This document shows positions 1 to 8,100 of a stretch of DNA of 64,000 nt, piece by piece. The DNA is from Leptospiraceae bacterium. GTDB lineage: Bacteria > Spirochaetota > Leptospiria > Leptospirales > Leptonemataceae. A program made the translations under genes and the position numbers. Within the stretch, counting starts at the first letter, position 1. Every line of letters begins with the position of its first letter. The notes beneath the pieces are model-generated. The model made no database searches and had not been told where the DNA came from. It worked only from the letters and a program-made list of their open reading frames with translations. The stretch spans positions 1 to 64,000 of the forward strand of contig JAVJNR010000001.1 in assembly GCA_040217195.1 (NCBI GenBank). Reading direction: 5' to 3'.

Positions 1-144
1 CTGTGACGAAGGCCGTCGGCGCCCGGAGCGTGCCCTCTAAGACCTGATATTCTGCACGCTCCGGGGAGAAGCCGACGGCCGGAGAGCGCGGAAACCCGAG
101 GAGCGAGCGAAAGCGAGCCCGCAGCGCTTAAAGTGCAGTTATGC
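1..144 (-). repeat. attC-like recombination site A (partial, truncated by window edge)
   Basis: Shares GAGAGCGCGGAAACCCGAGGA (82-102) and CGCAGCGCTTAAAGTGCAGTTA (120-141) with sites B and C; internal stems 11-20/71-80 and 23-33/54-64; core GTTATGC at 138-144. Confidence 0.85.
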
Positions 145-158
145 GCCGTTGCCAATTC

Positions 159-788
159 TTAAACGGTGGAGAGGATTAATTTGACTATGCCTTCGATCCG
201 GAAATCGTCAGCCACGGTAAAGGCTGGGTACTTTTCTGAATTGATTGATTGTAGAATCGGTGCTGATTCACTTTTAATCGATGGGACATACTTTTTGATC
301 AGTACTTGGCCTTGATTGACACATACAACGAGGTCTCCTGCATCCGCGGTTTGGGAAATCCGAGCTATGAGCAAGTCACCAGGATTGATACGAGGCATCA
401 TTGAATCTCCTTTGGCTCTAAGTGCAAAGGCCTCCTCGGGTGGAAATGGAATCATTTTGGAATATAGGGGGATGCGTTCGACCGGGTCTCCATCTAATAC
501 CGAACCGTTTGGACCACATTGTCCGCTTCCGTACCTGTTAATGTATACGATGGTACGTGCGGCCTTTTCTTCCGAAAGGATCTTATAGTCCCGGGTATTT
601 CCGGGGTTCCGCCAGAGGTGTCCTTTTTCCTCCAGTTGGAGAATATGGTGGCGTACTAAGTTGGGAGAGGTGAGATTCAGCTCCTCCATCAGCTCACGGT
701 AAGACAATGGCTCGTCTATATTCTGTTTCAGTAAATCGAGCAACTTCTGTTGCGTAGGGTGAAGTTGATTCTTCTTTGATCTTGCCAT
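159..788 (-). CDS. LexA-like repressor (N-terminal winged HTH + S24 autopeptidase), cassette-borne
   Basis: LexA-type HTH (PLSYRELMEELNLTSPNLVRHHILQLEEKG), Cys-Gly putative cleavage site (GQCG), catalytic Ser (KGDSM) and Lys (LIKK). Confidence 0.9.
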   Translation of the reverse strand: MARSKKNQLHPTQQKLLDLLKQNIDEPLSYRELMEELNLTSPNLVRHHILQLEEKGHLWRNPGNTRDYKILSEEKAARTIVYINRYGSGQCGPNGSVLDGDPVERIPLYSKMIPFPPEEAFALRAKGDSMMPRINPGDLLIARISQTADAGDLVVCVNQGQVLIKKYVPSIKSESAPILQSINSEKYPAFTVADDFRIEGIVKLILSTV

Positions 789-865
789 ATACTAAATGCA
801 TGTTGGGTAGTTCTGGCCACGAAAGAAAAAGGGCTATGAACAATTAAAAAGTCGCCGGACAATCT

Positions 866-884
866 GAACAACTATATTGTACAA
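866..884. promoter_or_regulatory. Candidate operator in the divergent lexA-like/DUF3892 intergenic region
   Basis: Imperfect inverted repeat TGAACAA-N5-TTGTACA; a further TGAACAA near 837; direct repeat TCGACCA x2 (888-905) just before the AGGAG RBS. Confidence 0.3.
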
Positions 885-915
885 GTATCGACCATATGTC
901 GACCAGGAGTGAGAA

Positions 916-1128
916 ATGCAGAAAAAAAAAGTCGAAGTTACCAAGGAAAGTGCCACTGGTTTGAATCAGAGATTTCGAGACAAGGAAACGAATAGGGAAA
1001 TGACTCGCGGTGAATTCGCGGATGCAATAGAGCGCGGAAAGTATCCGGGCTACCATGTAGAAAAGGCCAACAATAAGAGAGTCCCACGATCCAACCCCGA
1101 CAAATCTAAGGGAAATAATCTAGGATAA
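916..1128 (+). CDS. DUF3892-family small protein (70 aa)
   Basis: C-terminal RSNPD....NNL motif typical of DUF3892; AGGAG RBS upstream. Confidence 0.75.
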   Translation: MQKKKVEVTKESATGLNQRFRDKETNREMTRGEFADAIERGKYPGYHVEKANNKRVPRSNPDKSKGNNLG

Positions 1129-1138
1129 GGAAAATCAA

Positions 1139-1306
1139 ATGAAGCGAGTAAAAGGTCTAGCAGAGCTTCAGCGGGAACTTAAGCAATTAGAAAAGAAGGC
1201 CCGAGAGCTTAACGGAAAGAAATTGCATATTCAAACTGCAGGTAAATCGGAGCAGCAAATTCGGGCAGAGGTTCAGAAGTATGTTCGGAAAGAGCTAGGG
1301 TTTTAA
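1139..1306 (+). CDS. Small basic helical hypothetical protein, 55 aa (MKRVKGLAELQRELKQLEKKARELNGKK...KELGF); not in ORF track
   Basis: Manually translated; AAGGA RBS overlapping the DUF3892 stop; ends just before the cassette terminal repeat. Confidence 0.7.
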   Translation: MKRVKGLAELQRELKQLEKKARELNGKKLHIQTAGKSEQQIRAEVQKYVRKELGF

Positions 1307-1329
1307 TGGTGCCGTAGATTGGCAATGGC

Positions 1330-1562
1330 GCATAACGTACGTCTTTAAGCGAAGTTGCGCGCCTTCTGTGGCGCGCAATTTGGTTTGAGCGGCGGTTGCA
1401 GCCGCGCATTCTAAAATCCCCAAAATGCGCGGCTGCAACGAGGCCAGGCCGAAAGGGAGTTGGTCCGGGCTGGAGTTTCGGCTTCAGCGGCCGTAGTGCC
1501 GAGAGCGCGGAAACCCGAGGACCGAGCGAAGCGAGGCCGCAGCGCTTAAAGTGCAGTTATGC
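1330..1562 (-). repeat. attC-like recombination site B (233 bp)
   Basis: GCATAAC...GTTATGC cores, inner CTTTAAGCG/CGCTTAAAG inverted boxes, stems 1355-1378 and 1395-1439. Confidence 0.9.
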
Positions 1563-1573
1563 GCCGTTGCCCT

Positions 1574-2005
1574 TTATTTCTCAATCCTTAATAGTTCACA
1601 GTTAATCTTGAATATTTCCAGAGAGTCCTTATCGGTGAAGAACTGAAACCGATTCTTAGTGAGAAGCTTGAACCCCGGAGTCTTAGAGAATAGGGAAAGA
1701 AGAGTTTGCGCCGGAAGCTGCAAGAATTCAGCAGAGCATTGACTTGAACTACAGTTCCAATTTCCACGCTCTATCATTGGGGATTTGGGTGCATAGTTCG
1801 ACTGAAGGAAGAAAAGGAATCTCCCGCCTGCATAAAAGACCCACAGGATGGTAGCTTCGTCATTTCCGTAGGAAGAAATGATAAATTCGACATCTGACAG
1901 CGAGCCATCGGGTGCGGCAAATAGCTTCAAGGGAGTAAGAAAGATTACCACCGTTAGAGCTAATGCTATGGTACACTCTCTTTTGTTTAATGGGCAATGG
2001 CGCAT
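1574..2005 (-). CDS. Cassette-encoded hypothetical protein, probable signal peptide
   Basis: ORF fills the cassette between sites B and C; hydrophobic N-terminus (IALALTVVIFLTPLKLFA); stop adjacent to the terminal repeat; start codon uncertain. Confidence 0.6.
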   Translation of the reverse strand: MRHCPLNKRECTIALALTVVIFLTPLKLFAAPDGSLSDVEFIISSYGNDEATILWVFYAGGRFLFFLQSNYAPKSPMIERGNWNCSSSQCSAEFLQLPAQTLLSLFSKTPGFKLLTKNRFQFFTDKDSLEIFKINCELLRIEK

Positions 2006-2233
2006 AACGTATGTCTTTAAGCGAAGTCGCGCGCCTTTTGTGGCGCGCGATTTGGTTTCCAAGCGCGCCTGCAGCCGTGCGCTATAAATTCCCCCAAAGC
2101 ACGGCTGCAGCGAGGCCAGGCCGAGGAGGCATGTTGGGAACGGAATCTTCGGCTTTAGCGGCCGTTCGGCCGAGAGCGCGGAAACCCGAGGAGCGGCCGA
2201 AGGCCGCCCGCAGCGCTTAAAGTGCAGTTAGGC
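2002..2233 (-). repeat. attC-like recombination site C (232 bp)
   Basis: GCATAAC...GTTAGGC cores; homologous to site B with compensatory changes in stems 2027-2050 and 2069-2110. Confidence 0.9.
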
Positions 2234-2245
2234 GAAGTGTGCCCC

Positions 2246-2713
2246 TCAGTTGTTTTTCTGTTGCTGCAGATTTGCGGCTGCCTCAATACTATCGACCTTA
2301 TAGACTCGGCTGGCAGGTACCCATTCTGGGTTTCCCTGTAGCTGGTGCTGCACATCGTAGTAATCCTCAGCAAAGTTGACAATGCGGAGTCGGTAGGAGA
2401 ACCCTACCGACTGGCCCAAACCGGGGTCTTCGTCTTGAATGATGGTTAGTGTGTACTCGCAGCTTGAGTGCCATTCGATTCTGGCTCGTTTGAATTTGCT
2501 CGGAAACAGTCTGTAAGTGGTCTGAAACCGACCGTCTCGTTCAAATATGAGAAAGAGTCCCGATTCAAGAGTCACGTGAAAGGCCCCTTCATGTAAATAT
2601 GAGCAGTCCACTGGAATATCCTTTGACAAGCTGGGTTCATCATCCGCGTGCGCAAGGAGGATATTGGAAAGAAGGAGCATAGTTAAGGCTCCCGAGATCA
2701 ATACATTCTTCAT
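2246..2713 (-). CDS. Cassette-encoded secreted hypothetical protein (155 aa)
   Basis: AGGAG RBS before MKNVLISGALTMLLLSNILLAHA signal peptide; TGA stop abuts the terminal repeat. Confidence 0.75.
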   Translation of the reverse strand: MKNVLISGALTMLLLSNILLAHADDEPSLSKDIPVDCSYLHEGAFHVTLESGLFLIFERDGRFQTTYRLFPSKFKRARIEWHSSCEYTLTIIQDEDPGLGQSVGFSYRLRIVNFAEDYYDVQHQLQGNPEWVPASRVYKVDSIEAAANLQQQKNN

Positions 2714-2749
2714 TATTTCTCCTGAGATTATTGGTTTTGGGCACATTTC

Positions 2750-2982
2750 GCCTAACGTCTATTACCCGATCCATCGCAGACAGGTACAATTCTGGCCAGA
2801 GCTCGGGACAATGCCGAACTTTTGGTTCGCAGTTGCAGTTATGCTGAACATAAGTCGAACTCACCGCATCCCGGTGTTCGCTTAACCGTTTCAGGTTTGG
2901 CCGGAATAAGGACAATAGGCGAACCTTTTGTATTTTCGGGTTCGTCTTGAGAGTTCGGGATAAATCCGTCTTGCAGTTATTA
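2750..2982 (-). other. Putative attI-like primary site between the integrase stop and the first cassette
   Basis: Ends on the minus strand in AC-GTTAGGC like the attC junctions, but its body is unrelated to sites A-C; several CGAAC/GTTCG hairpins. Confidence 0.5.
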
Positions 2983-4023
2983 ACCGGCTCTTTGCATCAT
3001 TTCCAGTGGGCTTTTGATGCTTGTCAAGCGGCCTGTGGAAACGTGGGTATAGACCTGGGTGGTCCGGGCCGATGCATGCCCCAGTAGTTGTTGGATGTAC
3101 CGCAGATCGATCCCCTGTTCCAGTAGATGTGTGGCAAATGCATGCCGAAGCCCGTGTATAGAGACCTTCTTCTCGATGTTCGCTCTTTTCAGAGCAACCT
3201 GAAAGATCTTTTCCATAGATCGAATGTGCATCGGGCCGGATTCAATTCCTTCAAAAAGCCATCGCGATGGGCGATAGCGTTTCAGGTATTCCAGGGTAAG
3301 CTTCTGCGCTGAATCGGAGAAGATGCTGATTCGGTCCTTCTTTCCTTTTCCAGAGCGGACAGACAGAGTGCCTCTGTGAAAGTCCAGATCTACGGTTCTC
3401 AGATTTGCTGCTTCGCTGACTCTTAGCCCGGCCGAGTATACAATAGTGAGCAGTGTGCGATGCTTCAGGTTGATGGTCGACTCCAGCAAAATGAAGACCT
3501 CATTCAGGCTCAAGACGCTGGGAAGCTTTCTACCGCGTTTGCCGTGGCCGATCCGGAACATGGATCTCTTGCCAAGAATCTTTCCATGATAGAATCGGAT
3601 TGCAGAAATGCCCAGACCGAAGGTTGAATCCGATATCTCCCTGGATTCGCTCCAGTGGACCAGAAATCTTCGGGCATCCTGCTCATCGATTCTTCTGGCT
3701 GACTTACCTGCAAAAACAATAAGCATCCGGTTAATCCATTCGTAGGCATCTCTGGTTTGCTCACTGTATCTTCTTAACTTAAGTTCATCCCGCAGATCAC
3801 CAAGGTTCAGTATTCCTTCAAATTTGATACGAACGTAGCCCAGCCGAGTGATAGCCTTTAGCGGATCATCTTCTTGAGGTACCACCCAACAATTTAGTTT
3901 ATCATCGTACCTTGACTCTGGAATTTGAATTAGAAGATCCTTGATTTCTGAATAGTAACTGGAACGTAGCGAAAGTTCGCCGGGCCCATAGCAATCTACG
4001 CGAACCGTGATTCGGTCTGCCAT
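2980..4023 (-). CDS. Tyrosine recombinase (integron-like integrase, SAM-like N domain + catalytic domain)
   Basis: GLRVSE (R), GKGKKDR (K), HGLRH (HxxR), LLGH, TTQVY (Y); LKLRRYSEQTRDAY SAM_4-type start; adjacent cassette array. Confidence 0.92.
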   Translation of the reverse strand: MADRITVRVDCYGPGELSLRSSYYSEIKDLLIQIPESRYDDKLNCWVVPQEDDPLKAITRLGYVRIKFEGILNLGDLRDELKLRRYSEQTRDAYEWINRMLIVFAGKSARRIDEQDARRFLVHWSESREISDSTFGLGISAIRFYHGKILGKRSMFRIGHGKRGRKLPSVLSLNEVFILLESTINLKHRTLLTIVYSAGLRVSEAANLRTVDLDFHRGTLSVRSGKGKKDRISIFSDSAQKLTLEYLKRYRPSRWLFEGIESGPMHIRSMEKIFQVALKRANIEKKVSIHGLRHAFATHLLEQGIDLRYIQQLLGHASARTTQVYTHVSTGRLTSIKSPLEMMQRAG

Positions 4024-4749
4024 ACTTAGAGGATGTCTGCAAAAAGGTAATTGTCTCGCAATTCTCTGTCCGTACGGAGCTCCGCCCGGTAAGTCCCAGC
4101 AATTTGAATATATGCTTGGATTTTTGCAATTCTGTTTTTTTTAAGGATATGATGCAAGCTCTCTTACAATGGAAGTGTGCATATTTTTTCGACATGGGGT
4201 TGAAATAAAATCGGCTTGGCAGCTAAAGGGAGTCCTATCTGGAGACGACCGCCAATGGCAACCTGATTGGACGAGCAAGCGCAATGCAGAGTTCATCCGT
4301 TCGATAAAAAATTGAGGTCAGGGAACTTAGAGCGATTTACAGGGAAGCAACAGCCGTCCCGCGGGTTGTTTCGGAACCGCAGAACGGAAACTGGACCTAC
4401 CGATGCATAGACATTTTAGCACGCTTCGTGGAGATCGGTTTCGAGTCTTTCCGGGTGCCGGACTCAGGCGGCCGTTTTAGTTTCTGAGCCAGCCATGGAG
4501 TCCCGACTCAAGTGCTGCGAGAACTAAACCCATCAAGAATGATCTACTGAACCCGTGCCTTTTCCCCTCGGGCATCCATTTCGGTTCTCGGATTGGAGGC
4601 CGGGCATGCAAGCCATGTTACATAATTCCGGACTCGGGGATATTACTGGATTCTGCTTACGGTTGGTCCTGCTGGATCGTTCAGGTCAATAGCTCCCTTC
4701 CATCCTGCCGATTTCTTCGGGTTTGACCTCGGCGGAAAAATCACGTTTG

Positions 4750-5050
4750 GTTCGGTCGAATCGTTTGGAGTTGGACCAAACGTATAGCTTGCGGCAGATT
4801 CCGTCGAATCGTTTGGGATTGGAACAAACGTATAGCTTGCGGTTGATTCCGTCGAATCGTTTGGGATTGGAACAAACGTATAGCTTGCGGCTGATTCCGT
4901 CCAATCGTTCGGGGTTGGATCAGGCGTATTGCTTGCGGTTGTTTTGGCCGGGCCGTTCGAATTCCGATCCGGCGTATTGCTCGAAGTTAATTCTACTGGA
5001 ATGTTCTGGTCTGAGTCCGGCCGGTAACCTGCGATTGGTCCGGCTGGACG
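4750..5050. repeat. 48-bp tandem repeat, about 4 well-conserved plus 2-3 degenerate copies
   Basis: GTCGAATCGTTTGG recurs at 4755, 4803, 4851 and (degenerate) 4899. Confidence 0.85.
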
Positions 5051-5140
5051 GTTCAGATTTGAACTTGCCAGAAGGGGCGCACTCCGGATTGGCCGACGGA
5101 TAATCCAGAGCGCTGTGAATGGCTGGTCTGAGCCAGGAGT

Positions 5141-8100
5141 CTAATCATCACCCGGAGCGGCGGGCAAGCTGATGTTGAATCGCTCCAGAACAGTAGCCCC
5201 AAAGTTCTTTAGATCCTCTGCGATCAGGTAAAGACAGGGAACCAGAACCAGGGTAATAAAAGTAGCAAAGACCAGACCGTACCCGAAGGATAGAGCGAGG
5301 GGTGCGACGAAGGCATCTTCTCCACCAATTCCATATACCGTGGGGATCAGCCCCAGAACGGTAGTCAACGAGGTGAGCAATACCGGCCTGAATCGCATAG
5401 AACCGGCTCTTACCACTGCATTGTGAACATCCGGTTCCTCTTTCCTTCGATTAATGATAAATTGAACAAGAACCAGAGTATTCGAAACAACAACTCCGGC
5501 AAGGGAGACCACACCCAGTAATGACATAAAGGAAAGTGGCTCACCGTGGGCCAGCAGGGCCAGAATCACACCTACCAATCCGAATGGAATGGCACTCATC
5601 ACAACCACGGGAAGAATCAATGATCTGAAAAAACTGGCCAGGATCATATAGATGGTGAGCATCGCAAATCCAAACAGAACCGCCAGGTTGCCCAGGGATT
5701 CATTTCGGTCTTCTTCTTCACCACCATAGTTGATCGTGTAGCCCGGATAACGGCTCTCTATGTCCTGAAATTTCTCAATCAGCTTCTGATTCACTGCAGC
5801 GGAAGTAATTGTTCCTTTCTCCACGTTTGCCTGGACCTTGCCCACCCTGCGGAAGTTCAGACGATTGATCATGCTGTATCCAGGAGTGGGTTCGCCCCAG
5901 TCCGTAACCGCAGAAAGTGGAACCAGACCACCCTTGTTGTTGGACACATACACATCCCTGAGATTTTCTTCACCGCTTCTTGCCCTGTCCGGAAAGCGAA
6001 CTCGAACCTCAATTTCATCTTCCCCTTCATTGACGGTGGTTGCTATGGCTCCATCGAATGCGGAGCGAATTGTAGTGGCGATGGTGGCCACGCTCAGTTC
6101 TGACCTGGCTGCTTTGACTTCATTTACATCGAACCGGTATTCTAGTTTTCCCGGTTCCAGGTCTGTAGAAACATCGAATACTCCATTAATTCCTCTCAGA
6201 TAAGTCATGTACTCATCGGCGATGGTTCTCAGTGTTTCGATATCATCTCCACGAATTTCCACATTCACGGGCATACCCACCGGCGGGCCCCCTTCCTGGA
6301 TTCTGAAATCCAGAGAAAGATCCTGATGAATCATCCCTTCTTTGCGAGCCGCTTCCGTGGCCTTTCGAAGGGAAGTCAGCATATCGCCTGCATCTTTTTC
6401 CCTTTCTCCCACAGGAGTGAGGTTCAGGATTAATGTACCTCTATGCGTGGCCTCAGAGGGAGCTGGATCCGTAGGATTGGCCAGTTCTACTCCCACTCTG
6501 GTTTGCATGGACTCCAGGTCCTCGGGAGGCAGAGTTTTCAGTGCCAGGTCTTCCAGAGGCTTCAGTGCCTGCAGGTTGGTTTGCAGATTGGTTCCCTGAG
6601 GCATGCGAGTCCTCACCAGGATTCCTTCCCCTCCTCCGCCTGGAAAGAAAACGAATCCCAGGGCAAATGCAGCAAGAACCAGAGAAAGAAAAAATACACC
6701 GATCAGTGAGCCCACAGCCAGGTATCGTCTGTGCAGACAGAATGAAAGAAATTTCGCATAGCCATCCGTCAGAGTGCCGAAGAATCCACCGGAGTTTCCG
6801 TCGCTTCCATCGCTGGCCCCTTCCAGGCGATCCACGTCTTTGACTCGAGCGAATGTCTCTAGATGGCTGGGCAGGATGAACATGGCTGCCAGCCAGCTGG
6901 CGCAGAGACAAAGAATGATTACCATGGGGATGGACCAGACAAACTTTCCTACGATTCCAGTCATATAAAGGAGAGGAAAGAATGCTGCGGTGATACAGAG
7001 AAGGGTGGTCGTTACTGGCCAGAAGACCTCTGCGGTACCGGTCTCAACAGCCTCCACGCGGCTCATCCCTTCTTCCATGTACCTGAAACCGTTTTCGGCC
7101 ACCACAATGGAAAAGTCCACGATCATGCCCAGTACCATGACCAGTGCGAACATCGAAACAACATTGAGTGTGATTCCAACTGTGGACATTCCCATGAAGG
7201 CCACCATAAAAGCCACAGGAATGGACATACCCACAATAAAGCTCATGCGAAATCCCAGGATGAGAATCAATGTGATTGCAAGCAGTGCAAAGCCGATCCC
7301 TCCATTGACCAGAAGGCTGGATAAACGGGTCCGGACAAACCGGCTTTGATCATTGAAATACTGAAGTTCCACACCTTCGGGAAGCTGTGCTCCTTTATAC
7401 TGCTCCAGGCTATTTTTCAAGGTGTCTGCAAGAACCAGCATATCTGATTCTTTTTTCTTCCAGACTTTCATAATGATGGCTGGCTGGGCATCAAATCGCT
7501 CCAGCAAATCAGGCTCTTCATAGGTATCGATTACTGTGGCCAGATCTTTCACACGCAGGGCTCCACCGCCTATGTTGGCCTGAACCACTGTTTGTGCAAT
7601 TTCCTGGGCATTCCGGTATTGTTCTTTGGTGCGCAGAAGATATTCGTTGGGTCCTTTTCGAATAACTCCGCCAGGCAGGTTCAGGTTTCGATTGGCAATG
7701 GACTGGATTACATCATTAAATCCAACTCTGTCCCTGCGAAGTGCTTCTGGTTGAACCTCCACGAGATACTCTCTATCCCGGTAACCGTATAGCTCCACCT
7801 CGGCCACACCATCCACGTCATAGATATAATCCTCCAGATGCTGAGCCGTTTGACGAAGCTTCCTGTAGTCTTCCAGTCCACCATCGCCTCCAAATAATGC
7901 GACATCTACAACTGGTTGAGTATCAAAAGTGATTTCTTCTACTATAGGTAGCTCTGAATTGGCGGGCAAATCGTCCACCGTTGCATCTACCCCGTCTTTA
8001 ATGTCATCGATGATCTTCTTCTTATCCGAAGCATCGGGATCGATTTCCAGTACAAATACTGAGATGTTTTCCAGGTTATAGGAATTTACCTTATCCAATC

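Larger units (their letters stand above)
1..4023 (-). mobile_element. Integron-like element: integrase + co-oriented downstream cassette array (open to the left)
   Basis: Recombinase, three repeated structured sites and three cassettes bounded by GTTA...TAAC cores. Confidence 0.85.

Noticed and set aside
159..788. Calling this the host SOS lexA or a prophage repressor
   Set aside because: It sits inside a cassette bounded by recombination cores, and no phage structural or replication genes are nearby.
1209..2382. Short ORFs overlapping the attC-like sites (1209-1409, 1396-1605, 1878-2087, 2011-2220, 2155-2382)
   Set aside because: They are translations of GC-rich palindromic repeats or antisense frames with no protein-like features.
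2814..2830. CGAAC-N5-GTTCG as a Gram-positive-type SOS box
   Set aside because: Spacing is N5 rather than N4, and similar CGAAC/GTTCG pairs recur nearby with variable spacing, which fits hairpins better.
2980..4023. XerC/XerD or prophage integrase
   Set aside because: The SAM_4-like N-terminus and directly adjacent cassette array fit an integron-like role better; there is no phage context.
4200..4500. Possible gene remnant upstream of the integrase
   Set aside because: Only short open frames without a credible start or recognisable motif.
4750..5050. Possible CRISPR array
   Set aside because: Units are contiguous tandem copies with no unique spacers and there are no cas genes in the window; the same applies to 25675-25868 and 28477-28670.
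5838..7932. Numerous antisense and alternate-frame ORFs inside long genes (here within the RND gene; similar ones throughout)
   Set aside because: They are fully nested in well-supported genes and lack motifs.
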